NCBI GenBank assembly: GCA_965648935.1
Contig: CBFGIY010000017.1
Coordinates: forward strand, 1-36,541
Length of the DNA: 36,541 nucleotides
Direction of reading: 5' to 3'
From: a candidate division WOR-3 bacterium
GTDB taxonomy: Bacteria > Hydrothermota > Tepidihabitantia > Tepidihabitantales > Tepidihabitantaceae
The position numbers and the translations under genes were made by a program. The notes below the pieces were generated by a model, which was given only the letters and a program-made list of their open reading frames with translations, had not been told where the DNA came from and made no database searches. Of the stretch, positions 8,132-17,229 are shown piece by piece (positions within the stretch are counted from its first letter, which is position 1; each line of letters begins with the position of its first letter).

Positions 8132-9214
8132 TCAGGCAAACAGGGCGGCGGTGTCGAATCCCAGGGCGAGAGCGACGAGCGTCAGGCCGATGAGCAGCGC
8201 GATGATGAGGAGCTTGCCCCAGTCCTGGGCGGCCAGCGCGCCGAGCATCAGCGGCTCGCGCGAGAGGTAGGCCGACGCGGCGTAGAGCTCCTCGCCGATG
8301 AGGGTGTAGTCGCAGGCGGTGATGAAAAAGGGCAGCTGGTTGACCGCGTCGGTGCCGGCAATCTGGACAGCCCCGGCCTGGGCGCCGGTCTCGGCGATGA
8401 TGAGCGACTCGGCCCAGAACATCCCGATGAGGAAGTTGGTGGCGGGTTTCTCGCGCAGCATTATGCCGTCGACCGCGGCGGCGTAGGCGAACTGCTCGTC
8501 GGTGACAAAGTAGACCGAGCCGGGGTCGAAGGCGTCGGGGCGGCCGACTGCCGAGCAGCTCTGCCGCACGGTTTCCTGGGCTACCGTGTAGACGATCGGG
8601 TCCGCGGTCGGCACGACAAGCGGCGTGCCGAAGCGCGCCGTCTTCTTCGCGACCTCACCAAGTATGTTCAGCGCCGCGATGGTGGCGATGTCGGCGACCG
8701 ACGACAGCCCGGGGACGTAGAGGATGGGCCGGCCCATCTCGGTGGCGCGGCCGAGCGCCTCATCGACCGCATCGAGGCCGCTGATGCGGCGAACAAAGAG
8801 CCGGTGCCCCCGGCGCGCCAGCCAGAGGAAGACCGCGACAAGCAGGGACATGACCGCGGTGCCGGTCGCCGCGGCGAGCGTGCGCGGGTCGAAGCACTGG
8901 GGCGAGCTTCGGACCCAGTCGGTCGGCTCGGAGCGCGCGTGGACCGTGTCGCGCACCGCGCTTACTGCGTAGCGGTAGCGCGTGCCGTCGTCGACTTCCT
9001 CGTCGAGCCAGGAGTCGGCCAGCGGGCCGAGGAAAGCAAGCCGCTGCCAGGTGTCGCCTTCGGCCTGACGCAGCACTTCCCAGCCGGTCAGCGAGCTGTC
9101 CGCGGAGCGCTGCCATTGCAGGACCACGGCGCCGCCGCCATCGCCGGGCCGGTCGCGGGCGACCAGTCCGGGTTGGATGCCGGCGAGCAGGCCGGCCAGG
9201 AGCAGGGCAGACAC
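8132..9214 (-). CDS. Fibronectin type III + DUF6754-like membrane protein, 360 aa (paralog A2)
   Basis: Same architecture as 6914..8008 with a closely similar C-terminal domain. Starts 6 nt after the purF stop. Confidence 0.85.
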   Translation of the reverse strand: MSALLLAGLLAGIQPGLVARDRPGDGGGAVVLQWQRSADSSLTGWEVLRQAEGDTWQRLAFLGPLADSWLDEEVDDGTRYRYAVSAVRDTVHARSEPTDWVRSSPQCFDPRTLAAATGTAVMSLLVAVFLWLARRGHRLFVRRISGLDAVDEALGRATEMGRPILYVPGLSSVADIATIAALNILGEVAKKTARFGTPLVVPTADPIVYTVAQETVRQSCSAVGRPDAFDPGSVYFVTDEQFAYAAAVDGIMLREKPATNFLIGMFWAESLIIAETGAQAGAVQIAGTDAVNQLPFFITACDYTLIGEELYAASAYLSREPLMLGALAAQDWGKLLIIALLIGLTLVALALGFDTAALFA

Positions 9215-9220
9215 GGTCGA

Positions 9221-10654
9221 TCAGCAGGACCAGCGGCCGCGTTCGCACTCCATTTCGGCGAACTCGGCGCGGCTGATGGGTGTCGGATACTTGCCGTTGA
9301 AGCAGGCGGTGCAGAACCGGCGGGATGAGTCCGCGCCGGCTACGGCCGCGACCAGGTCTTTGTATTCCTGATAGACAAGCGCGTCGGCGCCGATGGCGCG
9401 CGCCACCTGCGCGACCGTGGTCCGGCCCTTGGCCACGAACTCGCCGCGGGTCATCATGTCGATGCCGTAGACGCAGGGGAAGCGCAGGGGCGGGGCCGTG
9501 ATGGCCAGGTACACCTTGCGCGCCCCGGCGTCGCGCACCATCTGGACGATCTCGCGCGAAGTCGTGCCGCGGACAATCGAGTCGTCCACGAGCAGGACGC
9601 GGCGGCCGCTAATCTGGGAATGGACGGTGTTCAGCTTCTGCCGTACCGAGAGCGCGCGGCGGTCCTGGCCGTGCATTATGAAAGTCCGGGCGATGTAGCG
9701 GTTCTTGATGAGCCCTTCGCGCAAAGGCAGGGCAAGGGCCTCGGCCAGCGAGCCGGCCGCGGTGCGGGCCGTGTCGGGCACGGCGCAGACGACGTCGACC
9801 GCCAGCCCGGCCCGGGCGACCTGCCGGGCAAGGCGCTCGCCAAGGCGCAAGCGTGCCTCGTAGACCTCGATGCCGTCGATGACCGAGTCCGGGCGGGCGA
9901 AGTAGACGTACTCGAAGATGCAGGTGCGCGGGGTGCCGGGTCTGACCTGGCGCGAGTGAACCCGGCCGCGCGAGTCGACGAGGACGGCCTCGCCCGGCGC
10001 GACATCGCGGAACCTGCCGAAACCGAGCCGGTCAAAGGCGACGCTCTCCGAGGCGAAGGCGGTGTCCGGCCCGCGCCGGCCGCAAACCAGCGGCTTGATG
10101 CCGAAGGGGTCGCGAAACGCGACGAGCCCGTGGCCGTGCACCAGCGCGATCACCGAGTACGAGCCGTGCACACGGCGAAACACGCCCTCCACCGCCCGGA
10201 ACACCGCGGCCGGGGTGAAGCGGCGCCCGGCCAGCGCGAGTTCCTCGGCGAAGACGTTGAGAATCGGTTCGAGGTCGGAAAAGCTGGTGAGCTGGCGGCG
10301 GGACTTCTCGGTCAGTTCGCGGCGGAGCGTGAAGTAGTTGGTGACATTGCCGTTGTGGACCATCGCGATGCCGTATGGGTGATTGACGTAGAACGGCTGG
10401 GCGTCTTCAACCGAGCCGGGGCCGATGGTCGGGTAGCGGACGTGGCCGATGCCGCAGCGGCCGGTCAGCCGGGGCAGGTTGCGGTCGTTGAACACCCGCG
10501 ACACCGTGCCGTTGCCTTTCTTGAGATGGAAGGTGTCGTCCGAGGTCAGGACCCCGGCCGAGTCCTGGCCGCGGTGCTGCTGCGCGAGCAGGCCCTCGAC
10601 CAGCTCAGGCCCGACTTCGCGCCGGCGATTGCAGATTCCGATTATGCCGCACAC
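9221..10654 (-). CDS. purF: Amidophosphoribosyltransferase, 477 aa
   Basis: N-terminal MCGIIG, QHRGQDSAG, GHVRYPT, CIFEYVYFARPDS, LLVDDSIVRGTTS, PCVYGIDM and CTACFNGKYP motifs. Confidence 0.97.
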   Translation of the reverse strand: MCGIIGICNRRREVGPELVEGLLAQQHRGQDSAGVLTSDDTFHLKKGNGTVSRVFNDRNLPRLTGRCGIGHVRYPTIGPGSVEDAQPFYVNHPYGIAMVHNGNVTNYFTLRRELTEKSRRQLTSFSDLEPILNVFAEELALAGRRFTPAAVFRAVEGVFRRVHGSYSVIALVHGHGLVAFRDPFGIKPLVCGRRGPDTAFASESVAFDRLGFGRFRDVAPGEAVLVDSRGRVHSRQVRPGTPRTCIFEYVYFARPDSVIDGIEVYEARLRLGERLARQVARAGLAVDVVCAVPDTARTAAGSLAEALALPLREGLIKNRYIARTFIMHGQDRRALSVRQKLNTVHSQISGRRVLLVDDSIVRGTTSREIVQMVRDAGARKVYLAITAPPLRFPCVYGIDMMTRGEFVAKGRTTVAQVARAIGADALVYQEYKDLVAAVAGADSSRRFCTACFNGKYPTPISRAEFAEMECERGRWSC

Positions 10655-10660
10655 GGCGAG

Positions 10661-10688
10661 ATTGTAGCGCGGGGTCAGGTCAAGTCAA
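10661..10688 (-). promoter_or_regulatory. Sigma70-type promoter of purF (likely leaderless)
   Basis: TTGACT-N16-TACAAT, with the GTG start 6 nt downstream and no SD sequence. Confidence 0.7.
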
Positions 10689-10727
10689 AAGCAGTGGCAA
10701 GCCGCAGGGACTGCGCGGGCAAGCCGG

Positions 10728-11603
10728 TCAGACGCCGCGGCCGTCAAAGTCAGGGGTGTAGTCCCGGCTCGCCGAATCCAGTTCCTGCGCAAATCCCTCA
10801 AGCTCAAGTTCGTCGAAGCGACTGCGGACACGCGCGTACTCGTCCGGGCGCAGGCGGCGGTTCATTCCCGGCATTTCGGCGGCACGATGGGTCGGGTAGT
10901 ACTGGGCCATCAGACTGACGAGCACTTCGTGGCCGAACTCGCCGGCCAGCCATTCAAGTATGCGGATGCTGTCATCGGCCAGTCCGGGCAGGACGAGGTG
11001 CCGGACAATGACGCCGCGCCGGGCGATGCCGTCCTCGTCGTCGCGGAACGGGCCGGCCTGCCGAAACATCTCGCGGATTGCGGCCCGGGCGTGGCGGGCG
11101 TACTCAGGGGCCGAGCTGCAGCGGGCCGCGGCCGCGTCGTCCCAATACTTGAAATCGGGCAGCCAGACCGACACCAGGCCTTCGAACCGGGCCAGGGTCT
11201 CGGGTTTTTCGTAGCCGTTGGAGTTCCAGACAAACGGCACGCGCAGCCGGCGCGAGGCGGCTTGAAGCACGGGCAGCAGCTGGTCGGAGTAGTGCGTTGG
11301 TGTGACGAGGTTGATGTTGTGCGCGCCCGCGGCCTCGAGCTCGAGCATTATCTGTTCCAGCCGTTGCGGGGTCACGGTCCTGCCGCGGCCTTCCTGCGAG
11401 ATGTCGTAGTTCTGGCAGAAGCCGCAGCGCAGGTTGCAGTGAGAGAAGAAGACCGTGCCCGAGCCGCGCGTGCCGGAAATCGGCGGCTCTTCCCAGTGAT
11501 GGAGCTGGGCGAGCGCGATTTCGATGTCCGCGCCGGCGCGGCAGACGCCGGGCGCGATAGCGCGGTCGACTCCGCATTCGAAAGGACAGGCGCGGCATTC
11601 CAC
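10728..11603 (-). CDS. Radical SAM protein, PflX-like, 291 aa
   Basis: GTG 11603 gives MECRACPFECGVDR. Motifs HHWEEPPISG, GSGTVFFSHCNLRCGFCQNYDISQ, NINLVTPTHY, LPDFKY and VRHLVLPG. TGcTATACT extended -10 (hexamer 11609-11614) lies 5 nt upstream. Confidence 0.88.
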   Translation of the reverse strand: MECRACPFECGVDRAIAPGVCRAGADIEIALAQLHHWEEPPISGTRGSGTVFFSHCNLRCGFCQNYDISQEGRGRTVTPQRLEQIMLELEAAGAHNINLVTPTHYSDQLLPVLQAASRRLRVPFVWNSNGYEKPETLARFEGLVSVWLPDFKYWDDAAAARCSSAPEYARHARAAIREMFRQAGPFRDDEDGIARRGVIVRHLVLPGLADDSIRILEWLAGEFGHEVLVSLMAQYYPTHRAAEMPGMNRRLRPDEYARVRSRFDELELEGFAQELDSASRDYTPDFDGRGV

Positions 11604-11663
11604 GGCCCAGTATAGCACGCTCCCGGTTGACAGGAAGCCCGGCCGGCGCGATTCTTGAGGCCG

Positions 11664-12425
11664 ATGAAGCCAGTGAGGCTGCAGAAGTTCCTTGCCGAGG
11701 CGGGCGTGGGTTCGCGCCGGCACTGCGAGCAGCTGATCGCTTCGGGCCAGGTGCAGGTGAACGGGGTCCCGGCGCGAATCGGGCAGTCGGTCATTCCGGG
11801 CCAGGACCGGGTCGCTTTCCGGGGGCGCGCGGTGCGGCCGGCAACCGAGCGAATCGTCGTCGCGTTGTACAAACCGGCCGGGTACCTGAGCACCTGTTTC
11901 CGCGGCAAGGAGGAAGGCTGGCTCGTGCGCGAACTGGTCAACCTGCCGCACCGGCTGTACCCGGTGGGCAGGCTCGACCGCGAGTCCGAGGGGTTGCTGT
12001 TGCTGACCAACGACGGTGAGCTTGCCCTGCGCCTGACCCATCCGCGCTACGGCAAGGAGAAGGAATACGAGGTCGAGCTGGACCGCGAACCGGACCGCGC
12101 AGCGCTGGCCGCTCTCACGCGGGGGGTCCGGCTGGAGGACGGACCGGCGCGGGCCGCAGGGGTCAGGCAGGTCGGCGCGACGCGCGTGCGCATGGTCCTG
12201 CACGAGGGCCGCAAGCGCGAGGTCAGGCGGATGATGGCCGCGCTCGGCTACGAGGTGAAGCGGTTGTGCCGGGTGCGCATCGGCAGCCTGAACCTGGGCG
12301 GCCTGAAGCCGGGCGAGTGGCGGCGGTTGAGCGACGAGGAAGCGGACCGGCTGGTCGGTTCAGAGAAGGAGCAAGACCGGGGCGCGGGCGAAGGGGGACA
12401 GGAGCCGGGGAGCAGCCGGCGATGA
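11664..12425 (+). CDS. rRNA pseudouridine synthase (RluB/RsuA family), 253 aa
   Basis: S4 domain RLQKFLAEAGVGSRR, catalytic VGRLDRESEGLLLLTNDG, EGRKREVRRM. Upstream TTGACA(11627)-N17-GATTCT. Confidence 0.93.
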   Translation: MKPVRLQKFLAEAGVGSRRHCEQLIASGQVQVNGVPARIGQSVIPGQDRVAFRGRAVRPATERIVVALYKPAGYLSTCFRGKEEGWLVRELVNLPHRLYPVGRLDRESEGLLLLTNDGELALRLTHPRYGKEKEYEVELDREPDRAALAALTRGVRLEDGPARAAGVRQVGATRVRMVLHEGRKREVRRMMAALGYEVKRLCRVRIGSLNLGGLKPGEWRRLSDEEADRLVGSEKEQDRGAGEGGQEPGSSRR

Positions 12426-14611
12426 GGTTCCTGCCTGTCATGCTGCTCCTGGCCGGAAGCGTCCGGGCTTCGGCGATGCCCGAGAGCGTGCGGGTCGGGC
12501 TTGCGTTGTCCGGCGGCGGGGCGCTGGGAATCGCGCACATCGGCGTGCTCAAGGTGCTTGAGCGCGAGGGCATCCCGGTCAGCGCGATTGCCGGCACGAG
12601 CATGGGTTCGCTCGTCGGGGGCGTGTACGCCGCCGGGTACAGCCCGGCCGAGATCGAGAGCATCGCGGTCAGCGCCGACTGGAACACGCTGTTTTCGTCG
12701 CGCGTGCCTTTCGGGGCGCGCCACCTGCCGGAACGGCGCCAGGCCCAGCGTTACGTTCTGCAGTTGCGCCATCGCAACTTCGTACCGTACCTGCCGGGCG
12801 GCATAGTGCCGCTGCAGAACGTCGAGTTCCTGCTGATGCGGCTGCTCGCCGACATCGAGCATAACACCGATTACGACTTTGACCTGCTGCCGATACCTTT
12901 CCGGGCCGTGGCCGTGGACCTGTTGACCGGGCGGCGCGTCGTGCTCGGGCGCGGCCGGCTGGAGCAGGCAATCCGGGCGAGCATCGCCATACCGGGCGTT
13001 TTCTCGCCCGAGCGCCTCGACACGCTGCAACTGGTCGACGGCGGCGTGCAGCAGCGGCTGCCGGTTGACCCGCTGCTGGAGTTCCGGCCCGATTTCATCA
13101 TCGCGGTGCTGACCCGCAGGAAGACGCCGGAGGCGGGCGCGTCGCTGGTCGACGTGGCCTCGCGTTCCATCGACCTGGTCAGCACCGCCGAGATCGAACA
13201 GCAGAGAGCGCTGGCCGACGTGGTCATCGAGCCGGACGTGGACCGGTTCCGCTCGTCGGATTTCGCCCGCGCAGCCGACCTCATCGCGGCGGGCGAGAGG
13301 GCGGCCAAGCTCGCGATGCCGGAGATAAGGCGCAGGCTCGCCGGCCGCGCGCCGGTAGCGCGGGCCCGCGCCGTGCCTTACAGGTCGCGGCCCTATGTCC
13401 GGTCGGTGCGGTTCGACGGGCTCAAGGTGACCCGCGAGGCGACCGCGCGGCACGGGTTCGAAACGCGGCCCGGCCAGATACTGAGCTTCAGCCGGCTCAT
13501 CGATGACCTCGAGCGGGTGTTTCACACCGGGCTGTTCGATGACGTCAATTACCGGCTGGAGAGCGCGCCGGGCGATTCGGTTGATGTGGTCGTGGAAGTG
13601 CAGGAGCGGCCCTACGGCTTCTACGCGGTCGGGGTGCGCTATGACAATGTCGACAACATCGCGCTGGGGGTCGAGGCCGGGCAGGGCAACCTCCTGGGCA
13701 CGGGCGCGAGCGCGCGCGCGGCGCTGACCCTGGGCAACCCTACCGAGTTCCGGGCCGGGCTGACCGGCACGCGGCTGTTCTTTCTGCCGTTCGGGTACCG
13801 GCTGGACGGATTCTGGGGCGGGCTTGACCGCATCTGGTGGCGCGACCGGGCCGGCGCGGCGTTCTACAACATCGAGTACCGGGGCGCGGCGGCCGAGGCC
13901 GGCTACATCCTGGGCCGCGATGCTTTCTTCGAGTTCGGGCTGACCGCATATGAGGCCCGCTATCGCACGCGCGCCGGGCAGTTGCCGGACACGACCGAGC
14001 GCGAGTGGGTTGCCGGGCCGACTTTCCGGTTCGAAACAAGCACTTTTCAGGATGCCGAGTTTCCCGGTCCGGGACGGGAGCTGCGCGTCGCTGCGTTGTA
14101 CTCGCACCCGGTGTTCGCGGGCCAGCGGCAGTTCCTCAAGGTCGAGGTCGGCGCCGAGCGCGGGGTTCCGGTCGCGCGCCGGCTGCTGTTGCGCGCCGGG
14201 GCCGAGCTCGGGCTGATTGCGGGCGAGCCGGCCTGGTCCGAGATGTTCCGCACCGGCGGCAGCGGGTTTGTCGGGTTCGCCGACGCCGAGTTCACCGCGC
14301 CGGTGCGGGCGGTTCTGCGCGGCCGCGCCGACTACCGCGTGCTGAACCTGCTGAACCGGGCCGATTACCCGGTGTATGTCCAGGGTCTGGCCGATGTCGG
14401 CCTGTTCGAGCGGCCCGACCGCCTGCCCGGCGAGTCAGCCACGCTCGACATGCTGCACTGGGGCGCGGGCCTGGGCCTGCGCACCAACACCCCGGCCGGG
14501 CCCCTGCAACTGGTTGTCGGTCTGGGCGACTTTCTCAAGCCGGCCGGGTACCCGGCGACGCGGCTTGAGCTCTGGTTTTCCGTCGGGCGCGAGTTCAGGT
14601 ACACCCGCTAG
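12422..14611 (+). CDS. Patatin-like phospholipase with POTRA and C-terminal beta-barrel (PlpD/type Vd-like), 729 aa
   Basis: ATGA overlap with the upstream gene. Signal peptide; GGGALG, GTSMG and DGG motifs; POTRA-like segment; barrel-type C-terminus WFSVGREF. Confidence 0.85.
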   Translation: MRFLPVMLLLAGSVRASAMPESVRVGLALSGGGALGIAHIGVLKVLEREGIPVSAIAGTSMGSLVGGVYAAGYSPAEIESIAVSADWNTLFSSRVPFGARHLPERRQAQRYVLQLRHRNFVPYLPGGIVPLQNVEFLLMRLLADIEHNTDYDFDLLPIPFRAVAVDLLTGRRVVLGRGRLEQAIRASIAIPGVFSPERLDTLQLVDGGVQQRLPVDPLLEFRPDFIIAVLTRRKTPEAGASLVDVASRSIDLVSTAEIEQQRALADVVIEPDVDRFRSSDFARAADLIAAGERAAKLAMPEIRRRLAGRAPVARARAVPYRSRPYVRSVRFDGLKVTREATARHGFETRPGQILSFSRLIDDLERVFHTGLFDDVNYRLESAPGDSVDVVVEVQERPYGFYAVGVRYDNVDNIALGVEAGQGNLLGTGASARAALTLGNPTEFRAGLTGTRLFFLPFGYRLDGFWGGLDRIWWRDRAGAAFYNIEYRGAAAEAGYILGRDAFFEFGLTAYEARYRTRAGQLPDTTEREWVAGPTFRFETSTFQDAEFPGPGRELRVAALYSHPVFAGQRQFLKVEVGAERGVPVARRLLLRAGAELGLIAGEPAWSEMFRTGGSGFVGFADAEFTAPVRAVLRGRADYRVLNLLNRADYPVYVQGLADVGLFERPDRLPGESATLDMLHWGAGLGLRTNTPAGPLQLVVGLGDFLKPAGYPATRLELWFSVGREFRYTR

Positions 14612-15272
14612 GCCCGCAGGCGCGCACGCATACCCCGCAGATGTACTGGCTGACCAGGCGGCGGCGCTGAAACTCCTTCAGCGCGGCGAAGCAGGCGAGA
14701 TGGTCGAACTCGGCCTGCGTTTCCTTGATTGCGCCGGCCGGGCACGCCGCGATGCAGGCGCGGCACTCGCCGCAGTCACAGCCGAGCGGCCGGCTCGGCT
14801 CAAGCTCAAGGTCGGTGAGCACGGTGAGCAGGCGCACCTGCGCGCCGTGGCGCGTGGTGACCACGAGGTTGTTGCGGCCGAGCCAGCCGATGCCGGCCGC
14901 GACCGCGATGCGCTTGTGCGAGAGGTGGGCCTGCTGCGTGTCCCAGTCGACAATCTGCGACGCAGGGATGGCGAGCGCCGATCTGCCGAGCGCGTGAATG
15001 CGGCCGACCAGTTCCAGCCCGAGCCGGTCGAGCGCGAAGTTGACCTGCCGGTAGTGGTGTTCGTAGAGCCGGTTGGGTTCGCCTTCAACCGTCAGCAGCA
15101 CCTCGGGCGCGACCGGCAGGGCGATGCTGATCGCGGCGGGCAGGCGGGCAAGGAGTTCCGCGGGCAGGCGGAAGTCGTCGGTGCGCACATCGGCCAGCCG
15201 GCAGACACCGAACCCGACCGCGCCGCGCGCGCGGCAGAGCTCTTCAAGAGTCGCGCGCGGGTCAGCGGTCAT
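14595..15272 (-). CDS. Epoxyqueuosine reductase (QueG)-like / reductive-dehalogenase-domain Fe-S protein, 225 aa
   Basis: [25 protein letters not shown]-x-[17 protein letters not shown] and CGVCVRAC motifs. ATGA overlap with mnmG. Confidence 0.8.
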   Translation of the reverse strand: MTADPRATLEELCRARGAVGFGVCRLADVRTDDFRLPAELLARLPAAISIALPVAPEVLLTVEGEPNRLYEHHYRQVNFALDRLGLELVGRIHALGRSALAIPASQIVDWDTQQAHLSHKRIAVAAGIGWLGRNNLVVTTRHGAQVRLLTVLTDLELEPSRPLGCDCGECRACIAACPAGAIKETQAEFDHLACFAALKEFQRRRLVSQYICGVCVRACGPSGCT

Positions 15273-17131
15273 CGCTTCCTCTTGAGAAAGACGGTCAGGG
15301 CGAACACCGCGGCCGGCGTGACTCCGGGCAAGCTCCGGGCCTGGGCAAGGTTTGCGGGCCGGGCTTTGCCCAGCTTCTCGCGGATTTCGTTGGACAGGCC
15401 GGGCACCGCGCCGTAGTCGAGCCGGGCCGGTATGCGCACCCTTTCCAGTTCGGCAGACTCGGCAAGCTGGCGTCCGGCCCGTTCGATGTACCCGGCATAC
15501 TTGACCTCGACCTCGACGTAGTTCCGGGCTGTGTCAGAGAGGTCGGGCGCGCCCGGGGCAAGGCGGGACAGGCTGGACCAGTTCACCTCGGGACGCTTGA
15601 GCAGTTCCAGCGCGGCCACGGGTTCGCGCAGGGGCGCGGTCTTCAGGCGGCGCAGGGCGCGATTCGCGGCCGGCGTCGGCCTGATGCGGGTGCGGTTCAA
15701 CCAGTCGAGCGCGGCGTCGCAGGCGGCGCGTTTGGCCTTCACGCGCTCGTAAGAAGCCGCGTCGAGCAGGCCGAGCGCGCGCGCGCCCGGCGAAAGCCGC
15801 AGGTCGGCGTTGTCCTCGCGCAACAGCAGTCGGTGTTCGACGCGCGCGGTGAACATCCGGTACGGCTCGTCGGTTCCCTGCAGGGTGAGGTCGTCAACCA
15901 TCACGCCGATGTAGGCGTCGCCCCGGCCGAGCGTGAACGCGGGCCGGCCCAGGACGCGCAGGGCCGCGTTCGCCCCGGCCAGCAGGCCCTGAGCCGCGGC
16001 TTCCTCGTACCCGGTCGTGCCGTTGACCTGCCCGGCGAGAAAGAGGCCGCGGACGGGTTTCGTTTCGAGCGTGGGCAGAAGCTGGGTCGGGTGAACGTAG
16101 TCGTGCTCGATGGCGTAGCCGGGCCGCATCATCCGGCAGTTCTCAAGGCCCGGAATCGAGTTCAGCATCTTCTGCTGGAGCGCGACCGGCAGGCTGGTCG
16201 AGATGCCGTTGGGATAGGCTTCGACCGTGTCGGTGCCCTCGGGCTCGATGAAGACGTGGTGGCGCTCGCGCTCGGCGAACTTCACCACCTTGTCCTCAAG
16301 CGACGGGCAGTAGCGCACGCCCGTGCCCTTGATGACCCCGGAGTAGAGCGGCGACTGCCTGAGGCCTGAGCGGACGATGCGGTGCGTGGCCGGGGTCGTG
16401 TACGCAATCCAGCAGACGGCGCGGTTCTCGGGCCGTCCGTCGGTGAAGGCGGAGAAGGCGAGCGGGGATTCGTCGCCGTGCTGGATCGCGAGCCTCGCGG
16501 TGTCGACCGTGCGCAGGTCCACGCGCGGGGGGGTGCCGGTCTTGAAGCGGCCGAGCCGGAATCCCAGCGCGCGCAGGCTGCGGGCGAGTTCGTTGGCCGG
16601 GGCTTCGCCGAGGCGGCCGGCCGGGAAGCGTTCGAGCCCGATGTGGACAAGGCCGGAGAGAAAAGTGCCCGGGGCCAGCACGACCGCGCGGCCGGAGAGC
16701 CTCTCGCCCAGTTCGGTCTGGACCCCGGTGCAGGCGCGGCCGCGGGTGAGCACTCGCGCGACCGCGGCCTGGCGCGTCACGAGATTCGGTGTCGATTCGA
16801 CCAGCGACTTCATCAGGCGGCGGTACAGCGCGCGGTCGACCTGCACGCGCGAGGACTGGACCGCGCGGCCTTTGGCGGTGTTGAGCTGGCGGAAGTGGAT
16901 GCCGGCAAGGTCGGTGATGCGGGCCATCGCGCCGCCCAGAGCGTCGAGCTCGCGCACGAGCTGGCCCTTGCCCACGCCGCCGACCGCGGGATTGCACGAC
17001 ATCTGGCCGATGGTGTCGAGGTTGTGGGTCAAGAGCAGGACCGAACAGCCGAGCCGGGCCGCGGCCAGCGCGGCCTCGCAGCCGGCGTGCCCGGCCCCGA
17101 CCACAATCACGTCCCAGCGCTCGGGTTTCAC
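15269..17131 (-). CDS. mnmG: tRNA uridine-5-carboxymethylaminomethyl modification enzyme MnmG, 620 aa
   Basis: GTG 17131. Motifs [59 protein letters not shown] and EPYRMFT. Confidence 0.97.
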   Translation of the reverse strand: MKPERWDVIVVGAGHAGCEAALAAARLGCSVLLLTHNLDTIGQMSCNPAVGGVGKGQLVRELDALGGAMARITDLAGIHFRQLNTAKGRAVQSSRVQVDRALYRRLMKSLVESTPNLVTRQAAVARVLTRGRACTGVQTELGERLSGRAVVLAPGTFLSGLVHIGLERFPAGRLGEAPANELARSLRALGFRLGRFKTGTPPRVDLRTVDTARLAIQHGDESPLAFSAFTDGRPENRAVCWIAYTTPATHRIVRSGLRQSPLYSGVIKGTGVRYCPSLEDKVVKFAERERHHVFIEPEGTDTVEAYPNGISTSLPVALQQKMLNSIPGLENCRMMRPGYAIEHDYVHPTQLLPTLETKPVRGLFLAGQVNGTTGYEEAAAQGLLAGANAALRVLGRPAFTLGRGDAYIGVMVDDLTLQGTDEPYRMFTARVEHRLLLREDNADLRLSPGARALGLLDAASYERVKAKRAACDAALDWLNRTRIRPTPAANRALRRLKTAPLREPVAALELLKRPEVNWSSLSRLAPGAPDLSDTARNYVEVEVKYAGYIERAGRQLAESAELERVRIPARLDYGAVPGLSNEIREKLGKARPANLAQARSLPGVTPAAVFALTVFLKRKR

Positions 17132-17142
17132 GAGTGTGCGTG

Positions 17143-17170
17143 ATTCTAGGTTTCGGCCCGGGCAAGTCAA
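17143..17170 (-). promoter_or_regulatory. Sigma70-type promoter of mnmG
   Basis: TTGACT-N16-TAGAAT, 11 nt before the GTG at 17131. Confidence 0.7.
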
Positions 17171-17229
17171 ACCGGCGGGCCGGCGCCGGAGCGGACTCGG
17201 CAACGGCGGCCTGACACTACATATGGCGG

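Noticed and set aside
10655..10727. Purine/ZTP riboswitch or PurR box upstream of purF
   Set aside because: The promoter abuts the start codon, leaving no leader, and no such motif was recognised.
11604..12203. 200-aa N-terminal extension of the PflX-like ORF
   Set aside because: It is antisense to the pseudouridine synthase. The true start is the GTG at 11603 after TATACT.
14595..15272. Reductive dehalogenase
   Set aside because: It is too short and has no Tat signal or rdhB anchor gene. It fits a QueG-like Fe-S protein better.
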